Assembly: GCA_038087875.1 (NCBI GenBank)
Contig: CM075977.1
Span: 153,822,001 to 153,886,000 of the forward strand
Length of the DNA: 64,000 bases
From: Malacoraja senta
Lineage: Eukaryota
Direction: 5' to 3'
Shown: in pieces, positions 37,401-48,030 of the stretch
How positions within the stretch are numbered: position 1 is the stretch's first letter
Layout: the number at the start of each line of letters is the position of its first letter
Program-made: the position numbers and the translations under genes
The notes under the pieces: model-generated
Told to the model about the DNA's origin: nothing
The model's database searches: none
What the model saw: the letters and a program-made list of their open reading frames with translations, nothing else

Positions 37401-38780
37401 TTTAAATGCCTTCTTCAAACTCTGTATTGATTTGTCATCACCTTCTGGGAACTACAGTATGTATTTTTACCCCAAGCTCTCATTGCCAATACTAAGTCTG
37501 CCGATAATGCTCTCCAGGGCCCTGTCATTCGCTAGGTATATCCTAGCATAGTATAAATAGCCAAAATGCATCACTTCACACTTGCCTTTATTGCCAGAAT
37601 TGGACTGGCCTCATTTCTTGAAGATGGTCATGATAATAGCCAGCAATTGCGTCTGTGCTCACCTTCATTGGTGAGCATTAGCACATGCTGTGGAGACTGG
37701 TCTCTAGTTCTCTTGGTCCCTACTTTCAATTGATCAAGAGTCCATGTACTAAACGACAAACAAATCTTTCTTTAATCAGCAAGGAGGTTAGCGTAGAAAT
37801 AAACCTGGTTTGTATGTCTCTATTCAAATTTCTTATCTTGAGCATTTTGGTTTACTCCAAGCCTGCTGATACATCCAATCGAGAGTCAAGAGTGTTTTAT
37901 TGTCATATATACTCGAACAGAACAATGTGATTCTTACTAGTAACAACAGTAAGTTTAGTAAACGCAGTACTCAATAAATAATATAAGAAACAATTTTAAA
38001 AATTCAATAAATAAATAACCCAAGTTAGTGCAAAAAACACAACATGCCCTAAGTCTCTAGTGCAACCCAGGCTGTTCGTAGTTCAGAATTTATTTGGAGT
38101 TTGTAGTGTTCAATAGCTTGATGGTTGAGCTAAGTTTACATAGTCTGTTTACATATTCTATTGTGCTGCAGCAAGTAAGAATTTCATTGTTCTATCTGGG
38201 ACATATGACAATAAAACACCCTTGACTCTGGACTCTTGGTTGTTGGGAAGAAGCCGTTCCTGAACCTGATCGTTACACTTCTCAGACTCCTATACCTTCT
38301 TCCCGATGGCAGGAGTGAAACGAGATTGTGGGCAGAGTGGTGTGGGTCCTTGGTGATGCTGGTTGGTTTCTTGAGACAGCGCTTCTTATTGATCTCTTCA
38401 CTGGTGGAGAGGTCAGCACCCACCATGCACCAGGCAGTATTCATCACTTTTTGAAATCTCCTTAGTTTTTGATCATTTGAGTTGCCAAACCAGGCTGTGA
38501 TGCAACTAGTCAATATGCTCTCTGTGATACACCTGTAGAAGTTCAAGAGAGTATCCATCGACATACCAAATCTCATCAGTCTTTGAAAGAAGTAAAGCGG
38601 TTGGTGTGCTTTCTCTATGATTGCATCAATGTGCTGGGTCCAGGAGAGATCTTCAAAGATATGCACACCCAAGAATTTAAGGTTGTTGACTGTCTCCACC
38701 ACTGACCTGTTGATGAATATAGGTTTGGGAAGGGCCTTTTCTAAAATCATCAATCATTTACATGATTTTACTGCTGTTCA

Positions 38781-38853
38781 GGGGATCAAGGTAGAAGCGT
38801 TCACGTCGCGATGCCTGTCAAGTAATATCACCAAATTACTTGCGAATTCTACC
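38781..38853 (+). ncRNA. HDV-like (CPEB3-type) self-cleaving ribozyme fold at the Vingi 5' end
   Basis: P1 GGGGAUC/GAUGCCU (G1-U wobble, one G-G mismatch), P2 GGUAGAA/UUCUACC, P3 GCG/CGC, L3 UUCACGU, J1.1 GU, P4 CAAGUAAU/AUUACUUG, J4/2 CGAA (putative catalytic C38843). Confidence 0.9.
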
Positions 38854-38882
38854 AAACACTTTGAAGCCAAGCCGAAAGACAA

Positions 38883-41800
38883 ATGATGTCCAGAAGCCCA
38901 ACAAATGGCAGTAGCCCATCAGCCCGGAACAGGAAGAGAGGCCAACACCAGCCCCCAAGGCCGGCTTTGACCATCATATCTCTAAATGGTGAAGGACTGT
39001 CTGCAACTAAAGAAGAACTTGTTGCCCAACTCTGCAGAGAGCATCAGTGTGATATTCTCTGCCTTCAAGAAACTCACTGCGGACCCAAACATCCCCGCCC
39101 TCGAGTGGAAGGCATGACCACCCTCATTGAAAGACCACATGAGAAACATGGAAGCGTCATGCTTGCAAAAAACGGGACAATCATCGAATCAACATCAAAG
39201 AGCGATGAAAACAACATTGAGGTCCTAACCGCTGAGCTCAGAGGAATTACCATCACCTCCGTCTACAAGCCACCTCCCACACCTTTCCTGATGCCAGAAA
39301 TACCATCATCTGGGAAACCAAGGATAGTGATTGGAGACTTCAACAGCCACAGCTCACAATGGGGTTACACCGGAAACAACGCTGATGGAGATGCAGTGCA
39401 AGCATGGGCCGAAACTAACCAGCTCTACCTGATCCATGATGCCAAACAACCAAAGTCCTTTAATAGCGGGTGATGGAAAGCCGGCTACAACCCTGATATC
39501 GCGTTTGTCAGCCATAGCATCTCTGGATTGGGCAAGAAGCTGGTACTGAAGCCACTGCCAAAAACCCAACACCGCCCCATTGGCCTTACAGTCAATGCTG
39601 CAGTTACCCCAGCCACAGTTCCTTTCCAGAGAAGATTCAACTTTGGGAAAGCGAACTGGCCTGGTTTCCAAGAAGATCTTGAAGGGAAGATCGCCCACCT
39701 TCCAGCGGACCCCAAAAACTATCAAATCTTCACCAAGTTAGTGCACCAGGCAGCTCGGAAGAACATCCCAAGAGGCTGCCGCACTCAATACATCCCCGGC
39801 CTTGACACTCCAAGCAGTGAACTATATGAGGAATACCAACAGCTCTACGAATCTGACCCCTTTGCTGAAAGCACCATGGAAGTAGGTGAGAGACTCATGA
39901 CCTCCCTATCAGAATGCCGCCAGCGGAAATGGCAAACTCTACTGGAGACAACTGATATGGCAAAAAACAGCAAAAAGGCATGGAGCCTCATCTGAAAAAT
40001 CAGCAATGACCCATCAACACCAACACATCAACAGTATACCACCACGGCCAACCAAGTTGCGTATCAGTTGCTGCTCAACGGGAAATCCACCACCAAACAG
40101 CCAAGACCAAAGGCAGACCGACTTCAGCACTCCCAAAACATCGGACTGACTGAGCCGTTCTCCCTTGAAGAGCTCAATATCAGCATCAAAGCCCTCAAGA
40201 CTGGCAAAGCCATCGGCCTGGACAATATTTTCACAGAGATCAAGCAGTTTGGACCTCTGACACGGAAGTGGGTCCTTGAGCTGATGAACAACTGCATGCT
40301 GACAAGAAACATCCCAAAGATCTGGAGGAAAACCAAAATCATCGCTCTTCTAAAACCCGGTAAAAATCCAGCATATGCAAAGAGCTTCCGCCCAATCTCC
40401 CTGCTATGCCACCCGTACAAGCTGTTTGAGCGCCTGATCCTCAACAGGCTTGCCCCAGTCATTGAACCAGCCATCATCCCTCAACAAGCTGGATTCCGAC
40501 CTGGCAAATCCACAACAAGTCAACTTCTGAATCTCACACAGCACATTGAAGACGGGTTCCAGAAAGGACTGGTGACAGGAGCCATCTTTGTTGATATGTC
40601 TGCCGCGTATGACACTGTGAACCACCGCCTCCTCCAAAAAAAGATCATGGAGAATACCAAAGACCTGGCACTCACGGACCTCATCGGAGCCCTCCTGAAA
40701 GATAGGCGCTTCTATGTTGTCCTTAACAACAAGCAAAGTTGCTGGCGACGACAACGGAATGGCTTGCCTCAAGGTAGTGTGCTGGCTCCACTACTATATA
40801 ACATCTACACCAATGACCAGCCAATGGACCAGAACACTGAGCGGTTCATCTACGCCGACGACCTCTGGGTAACATCCCAAGAGAGTACGTTTGAAGCTGT
40901 AGAAGCGAATCTCACCTCAGCCCTAGATGAGCTACACCTCTACTATGAGTGCAACCACCTACACGCAAACCCTGCGAAGACCCAAGCCTGCTCGTTCCAT
41001 CTCAGGAACCGGGAAGCAAACAGACCCCTTAACATCACATGGTCTGGAACACCTCTTGAGCACTGCACCAACCCTGTCTACCTCGGTGTAACACTGGATC
41101 GTACTCTCTCCTATAAGGAACACGTCAAAAACACCAAACTGAGAGTAAACTCTCGGAATAACATTCTCCGGAAGCTGACCAACTCCAAATGGGGAGCCAC
41201 AGCTCACACATTAAGATCTACTGCTCTGGCCCTGTGCTACTCCTCTGCGGAGTATGCGTGTCCTGTTTGGGAGCGATCATCCCATGCCAAGAAACTAGAC
41301 CCAGCGTTGAATAACACCTGCCGCTCAATCACTGGCTGCTTGAAGCCCACCAACATAAACAACCTGCATCTCCTCGCTGGCATTGCCCCTGCTGATGTGA
41401 GACGGAACGTCGCCAGCCGAGTAGAGATGACCAAGGCCACCAATGATGAACGCCACCTCCTCTACGGACGTGTACCCCCGGCCCAACGGCTGAAGTCCAG
41501 GAGAAGCTTTCTCAGCCATGTCCAGCCCCTAATAGCATCACGGGAAGAAACCAGACTCCAACTATGGACAAAAAGGCTTGAGGACGACCCCCCTCCTACT
41601 GACATGGGTATCCCTCCTTCTGAAGCCCTCCCTCCGGGCTCAGAAGCACCATGGGTCCAGTGGAAGACGCTCAACCGCCTGAGAACAGGAACAGGGCGAT
41701 CAAAAGATGCCATGGCCAGATGGGGCTATGAAACTGGCCAAACCACCTGTGAATGTGGAGAAGAGGACCACACAATGCAGCACTGCCTTGTCTGCCCCCT

Positions 41801-41888
41801 ACTACCCAACCAGTGCAGCTCAAAGGATCTTGCAGTGTTCAATAAAAACACAAAGGACTGTGTAAAGGAATGGGAAACTGTCATATAG
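38883..41888 (+). pseudogene. Vingi ORF (APE endonuclease, RT, C-terminal CCHC), about 1000 codons with two premature TGA stops
   Basis: ORFs starting at 38883, 39528 and 40068 are all in the same frame. Motifs: CLQETH, VYKPP, IGDFN, QAGFRPGKST, GLPQGSVLAP, IYADD, YLGVTLD, CECG..TMQH..C. Stops at 39471-39473 and 39993-39995 are probably CGA>TGA changes. Confidence 0.9.
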
Positions 41889-41960
41889 CCAACCAGCTTC
41901 AAAGACACGAAAAGAAGAAGACTGATGTTCAAGGCAAGGTTGTTGTTCTGACACCATTCA

Positions 41961-42865
41961 TAGAGTCAAAGTATAATACAGTGTGGAAACAGGCCCTTCG
42001 GCCCAAATTGCCCACACAGGCCAACATGTCCCAGCTATACTAGTCCCATCTGCCAGCATTTGGCCAAATACCCCTCCAAACCTGTCCTATATATGTACTT
42101 GTCCAACTGTTTCTTAAATATTGGGATAGTCCCAGCCTCAACTACCTCCTCAGGCAGCTTGCTCCATACATCCACCACCTTTTGTGTGAAAAGGTGACCC
42201 CCATCTACTCTGGGCAAGAGACTCTGTGCATCTACCCGATCTATTCCTCTCATGATCTTATACACCTCTATAAGATCACCCCTCATCCTCCTGCGCTCTA
42301 TTGAATAGAGTCCCAGCCTACTCAACCTCTGCCTGTAGCTCAGACCCTCTAGTCCTGGTAACATTCTCGTAAATCTTCTTTGTACCCTTTCCAGCTTAAC
42401 AACATCTTTCCTATACACGTGGTGCCAAGAACTGAACACAATACTTGTGTGGCTTCACCAGCGTCTTATACAACTGCAACATGACCTCCCAACTTCTATA
42501 CTCAATACTCTGGCTGATGAAGACCAATGTACCAAAAGCCTTTTTGACTACCTGGTCTACCTGTGATTCCACCTTCATGGAATCATGCACCTGCACTCCC
42601 AGATCCCTCTGCTCGACAACACTACTCAGAGCCCTACCATTCACTGTGTAAGTCCTGCCCATGTTAGACTTCCCAAAATGCACACCTCACATTTTTCTGC
42701 ATTAAATTCCATCAACCATTCCTCAGCCCACTTGGCCAATTGATCAAGATCCTGCTACAATTTTTCATGACCATCTTTATGATCTGCAAAACCACCCAGT
42801 TTTGTATCATCTGCAAAGTTGCTAATCGTACCGTGTATGTTCTCATCCAAATCATTGATATAGAT
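41961..42865 (-). mobile_element. CR1 3' fragment
   Basis: EQRDLGVQVH and LERVQRRFTRMLPGL..LSYRQRL motifs. Confidence 0.9.
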
Positions 42866-43415
42866 CAGACGATCGGTATCCCTCCTATGATTCATCGATA
42901 TCCATAATTCATTTAACAATAGTAGTATCATCAGTGAATTTAAGGATGGCGTTGGATCTGTGTCTGGTTACATAGTCATTGGGTATAGAGTGAGTGAGCA
43001 TGCAGCCTTGAGGTGCCCTTGTGCTGATGGTTATCAAGTGTGTTGCCAATTTGTATGGATAACATTCTGTTGATCACAATCTTGGTCAAGTCTATACATG
43101 CACCTCCTTGGAAAAGCACTGCCCCTTCCTTAACCACAGAAAACTTGATAGTGAGGTAGCAAAGGAATATTGTGATCAGAAAAAAGAAAAAAGATCTGAA
43201 ATAAAAACAGCCAACTTTGGAAAACTTTCAACAGGTCAGATAGCATCTGTGAAAGGAGAAACAGAGTCGATATTTCAGCTCCAAAACCATTCATTACCTT
43301 TGGGAATACACGCTCTTTTTCCTAGTCTCTGATCGGCTTCTCTTTCCACAGATGCTGCACAACCGGCTGTGTGCTTTCAGTATTATCTTTTTCTATAGGA
43401 ATCAAGACATGCAGT

Positions 43416-43469
43416 GGGGTGGAAGATTGCAACCTTCACGTGGTCCGCCCTGTTTCGACGAATGCAATC
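43416..43469 (+). ncRNA. Minimal (P4-less) HDV-like ribozyme fold, 54 nt
   Basis: P1 GGGGUGG/CCGCCCU, P2 GAUUGCA/UGCAAUC, P3 ACC/GGU, L3 UUCACGU, GU, a UUCGA stub and CGAA (putative catalytic C43459). All stems pair fully (Watson-Crick or G-U). Confidence 0.9.
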
Positions 43470-43553
43470 AACCTGGCGTGCACAATCAAATAAGATCAAA
43501 TAGAACAAGTTGTCCTGCAACTTTAGGCTGTGCACGCCATACGCAAGAAGAAG
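43416..43553 (+). mobile_element. 138-bp ribozyme-headed SINE with a Vingi-like 3' tail
   Basis: 12-bp TSD AAGACATGCAGT (43404-43415 and 43554-43565), 5' ribozyme fold, 11-bp inverted repeat (43474-43484 / 43529-43539) and tail ACGCAAGAAGAAG. Confidence 0.88.
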
Positions 43554-44169
43554 AAGACATGCAGTTAATGCAGTGATTTGAACAGAGAGCTGAGGTGGAC
43601 AAGTTTAAGGTAATACCAATGTTATTGCTGGATTGGATACTTGTATGGTCACCAATGTTGGGAGAAATGAAGTTGGGAAAAAGATTTAAAAAATTCTTAA
43701 TAAAACGTAGAGACTATACTGAAGATACGGCAAAATTAAACTCAATAAAAGCTTCAGTTGAAACAATAATTTTCTTGTCGTGGTACTCATACAATATAGT
43801 GAAGATCTATGGAATGCCTGAGGCAGTTTGATTGGCAGTTATAGACATTGTTGCCATTGTGTATAAGATTTATATACACTTAACTTATTTGTACAGATAG
43901 AGAAAGCATTCTTTTGTGGTTCGCAGCATGTACAGTATCTGACATTATGCTGAATTATTTTCCATCCAGGTTTTGTAAGTAAGGAGTGATTAAATCATAG
44001 TTGAATTCCATGCATCTCTATAAATATTAAATGTTATTGAGGGGAGTGAAATGTAGTAGGCTCCGGGCACTTATTCGCCTCTTTTGTTAGAACAATACCT
44101 TTCTGAGCACACTTGTCTCTCTCAAAAAGACAAGCAGCATCATAGTAATTAATAAATGGAACTGAAAAA

Positions 44170-44475
44170 AGGGGGGATAGATAGAGTGAATGCACAGAGT
44201 CTTTTACCCAGAGTTGGGAAATCAAGAACCAGAGGACATAAGTTTAAAGTAAGAGGGGAAAGATTTAATAGGAACCTGAGGGGCAACGTTTTCACTCAGA
44301 GGGTGGTGGGTATATGGAACAAGCTGCCAGATGAGGTAGTTGAGGCAGGTACTATAACAACATTTAAAAGACCTTGGACAGGTACATGGAGAAGAAAGGA
44401 TTAGAGGGATATGGGCCAAATACGAGCAGGTGGGGCTAGTGTAGATAGGGAATCTTGGCCAACATGGGCATGCTA
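44170..44475 (+). mobile_element. CR1 3' fragment
   Basis: RTRGHKFKVRGERF...FTQRVVGIWNKLP. Confidence 0.85.
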
Positions 44476-44576
44476 GGGAAATGTAAACAACAATTATGCT
44501 TAAATCTGTTCTTTTTGGTATTACCTTCAACAAACTGATGGATGGTGTAGAAGGCAATGATGAATGGTGTTGAAGA

Positions 44577-44890
44577 GTGACACAGTGGTGCAACAGTAGA
44601 GCTGCTGCCTCACAGTGCCAGATACCTGGGTTTGATCCTGCCTATGGGTGCTGTCTGTGCAGAGATTGTACATTCTCCCTGTGACCATGTGGGTTTCCCC
44701 CAGGTGCTCTGCTTTCCTCCCACATTCCTAAGGTATGCAGTTTGTGGGTTAATTGGCCTCTGTAAATTGGAGCTAGTGTGTAGAATGTGAAAGTGGGATA
44801 ACATGGAACTAGTGTGTGGGTGATCAAAAGTCTGTGTGGACTTGGTTGGCCAAAGGACCTGTTTCCATGCTGTATCTCTAAACTAAACTC
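44577..44890 (+). mobile_element. HE1-like V-SINE
   Basis: tRNA-like head, V-domain and (CTAAA)n tail. Confidence 0.8.
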
Positions 44891-46379
44891 AATTAAACTA
44901 GCAAACAGCTGACTCATTAGTTACCTACTCATTAAGCCATCTACCAGGACTACTGGACTCCAGATCTCATCATAGCTTCAGCCCAAAGACAGACAAAAAA
45001 TGCTGAATCCCAGGACTATGGTGATGTTGAGAGCACTGAACGTCAAGACAGCATTTGACTGGGTGTGGTCTCAAGGACCCTCAGTAACATTGGTCAAAGG
45101 GAGTCAAGGGGAAAACATCCTACTATTCGCAGTCATACCTCACAAATTGGTGTGTGGCTGCGTGAGATCTGTTGTTGTCTACACAACAAAATGTTCTGCA
45201 CTTCAAAGGAAATTAACTGTGAAATATTTTGGACATTTCAACATGATACAGCATGTGGAATGACTTGAAAATCCTGTTTTGCCACACATTGTCATATTTG
45301 TTATACGTGTACGATCAAATGTGATCATGGAGGCCCATCCATTTGATCAGCAACCTGCTTGAATTTCTGTACTTAAACTAAATGATTATGAATCAGACTC
45401 AGTGACCTGCAGAATCCCTGGAACTACTCAATCTACCACCTAGAAGGTACACATGACAAATATGGAAGGGAAGCTGGTCAATGCTACTTGTGCAGAAGGG
45501 CTGATTATGAGTTGGCTGCTCCATATGTAGCTCTTGATTTTTCATTTCCATTCCACTAATTCTGTATGCATCCCAAAAGGTTTGAAAGAATACTACAATA
45601 TTTCAACTGATTTTAACTCTCTATCTTGAATGACATCGGCTCCAATCAGGAGAAATCCAAGATAGATTGGTTTCCATTGGCGTTCTGGCAAGGATGATGG
45701 GTAGGAATTTTCATTGTTTCCACATGGATAGTGAGCTGGCAGGAGGGTCTCACAGCTGTTGCAGCAACCACAAATTGTCATCATACTGAACCAATGAAAA
45801 CGGAATTAAGGTGATCTCCAGTGTCAGATCGTGAGGGTGAAATTTATACCCAATGAATAATGATTAGACTCAACATTGAGTTGATTTTCACCTTCATTAG
45901 ACTGTGTGTTTTACAATTTTTATCAGTACCATCCGTGGCTCAGCTAGAATCAGCAGGCATATTGCAGGCCAGTTTTGTACCACATTCTCCTCATCTGGAG
46001 CACAAGAGACTGCAAGGTGCAGGAATCTCTGGCAAAAAAAACAACTTTGTAGATCAGGCAGCACCTGAGGAGGGAAATGTTTGAAATTCATGTTTCGAGT
46101 CAAATCTTGACTATCCGTTTCCCTCCACAGATGCTGCCTGACTCGCTGAGTTCCTTCAGTTGCTCTACCCTTTCTAGTCCTCATCTGTATGGCCAGTACT
46201 GTGCATAACTTTATTTTCATCAACTAATCAGGGGAACATGTTATAATTTGTTTTTATTACATCCTGTTGCACAAGACACAGACTGAGTCGATAGAAATAA
46301 AGTATCCACACAAAAATCCAGTTACAGCTTGACGGTGACATTCCAACCCCAAGAAATATTTTTTGAAGGACACTCACCT

Positions 46380-46880
46380 GTCATAAGGTCATGAAATCAT
46401 GTGATAGGAGTAGAAGTAGGCCATTTGGCCCATCAAGTCTATTCCACCATTCAATCATGGCTGATCTATCTCTCCTAACCCCATTCTCCAGCCTTCTCCC
46501 CGTAACCTCTGACACCCGTACTAATCAAGATTCTTTCCCCATTTAGAAAATAGTCTACACCTTTATTACTACTACCAAAATGCATGACTCCACACTTTGC
46601 TACACTATATTCCATCTGCCACTTCTCTGCCCACTCTCCCAACCTGTCCTAGTCTGTCTGCAGAGTCCCTGCTTTCTCTACCTATTTTCGTATCATCCGC
46701 AAACTTGGCCACAAAGCCTTGAATCCCCTCATCCAAATCATTAATATACAACATGAAGAGTAATGGCACCAGCACCGACCCCTGTGGAACTCCGCTAGTC
46801 ACTGGCAGCCAAACAGAGAAAGCCCCCTTTATTGCCACTCTTTGGCTTCTGCAATCCAGCCAACCTTATATCCATGCTAG
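46380..46880 (-). mobile_element. Internally deleted CR1 fragment
   Basis: SGVPQGSVL..YINDLD..KFADDTKIG joined to a CR1 3' UTR. Confidence 0.8.
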
Positions 46881-47319
46881 TAATGTGGGAAATGTGGCAT
46901 CTGACTGGAGCATATTCAGATCATTCACAATGCAATTTGATAATGAGCAGATAATCTGTGAGTTATAATAACAGAGATAAATATTGTTCAGGACTTCAAA
47001 ATTAAGCCCCCTTATTCTTGTTCATATAGTACAATGGGTGTCACCTGAGCAAGTCAACCAGACCTCACCTTAACATTTCATCCAAAGGATGGTAAAAATT
47101 ACAAATGCTGTGCAGTCATTTTTTAGGTATACCCAAATTTTGACCTGGCCAAATTGGATGAACAATATTTTGATAACCCTGTAATTTTGGTTTAGCCTTG
47201 AGGTAGTTTCTCTTTCTCTCAGTCCACCACAAAAAGATTGAAGAGGGACAACGTGAAAAATATAAGAAACAGGTTCTGATTCCTAGAGATCACCTGTACC
47301 TGACAATATCTGTCAAGCC

Positions 47320-48030
47320 TATTTGCATTTATTGTCATGTGTACAACTACAGTGAGGGACAGATACAATGAAAATCTTGCTTGCAATGGTATCACGGGCA
47401 CAAAGACACAAACAACATGAAAAAACATCAATTATAGTTAAATTACACTTGAATTCTGCAGTGAATAGAAAAAGACTGCAAAAAATATTTAGAAAGCAAG
47501 TCCATGGTAGTGGAAACGGTAATGTTTCGTTGTTGAAGTAGCATTAGAGTAATGCAGCTTAGTTCGAGAACCTGATAGTTGTAGGAAAGTAGCTGTCCTG
47601 AACCTGGCTTCTGTACCTTCTCCCGATAGTAGCAGCAAGATGAGGTGCATGGGCCGGATCGTGGAGATCCTTAATGATGGATGCCATCTTCTTGAGGCAG
47701 CAACTCATGCAGATGCATTTGATGGTGGAAAGAGCAGTGCTTGTTATCGTATGGGCTGAATCCACTGCTCTCTATAGCCTCTTGTGTTTCTGTGCATTGG
47801 AATTGTCATACCAAACCATGAACTAGTCAGTCCGATACGTTCTACAGTACATCTGCAAAGTTTTCTAGAATATTCGGTGACATGCCAAATCTCTTTCAAC
47901 TTCTGAAAAAGCAGAGGCATGGCAAGCCTTCTTTGTGATTACATCTGTGCTGGGTCCAGGACGGAACATCCAAGATGTTAATGCTCAGGAATTTGAAGCC
48001 GCCAATTCTCTCTATCTCTGACCTACCAAA
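47320..48030 (-). mobile_element. Old Rex1/Babar 3' fragment
   Basis: ASIIKD..H..GRRYRS..SYFPTTIR motifs and a TGACAATAAA tail. Confidence 0.7.

Larger units (their letters stand above)
38781..41920 (+). mobile_element. Full-length Vingi (Ingi-related) non-LTR retrotransposon
   Basis: 11-bp TSD ACTGCTGTTCA / ACTGATGTTCA (38770-38780 and 41921-41931), a 102-nt leader, a single APE-RT reading frame, and a short 3' UTR ending ACGAAAAGAAGAAG. The clade name is from recalled family features. Confidence 0.85.
38130..43035 (-). mobile_element. Rex1/Babar RT-to-3' fragment split by the Vingi and CR1 insertions
   Basis: Pieces 42866-43035 (APQGC..LKFTDDTTIV), 41921-41960 (EWCQNNNLALNIS) and 38184-38780 (KFLGVHI..HQPLYF..LLPSGRRYRS) are collinear once the inserts are removed. 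Confidence 0.85.

Noticed and set aside
39074-41932. Antisense ORFs over Vingi, and similar ones over CR1, Rex1 and Penelope
   Set aside because: Shadow ORFs of RT-coding sequence with no independent motifs.
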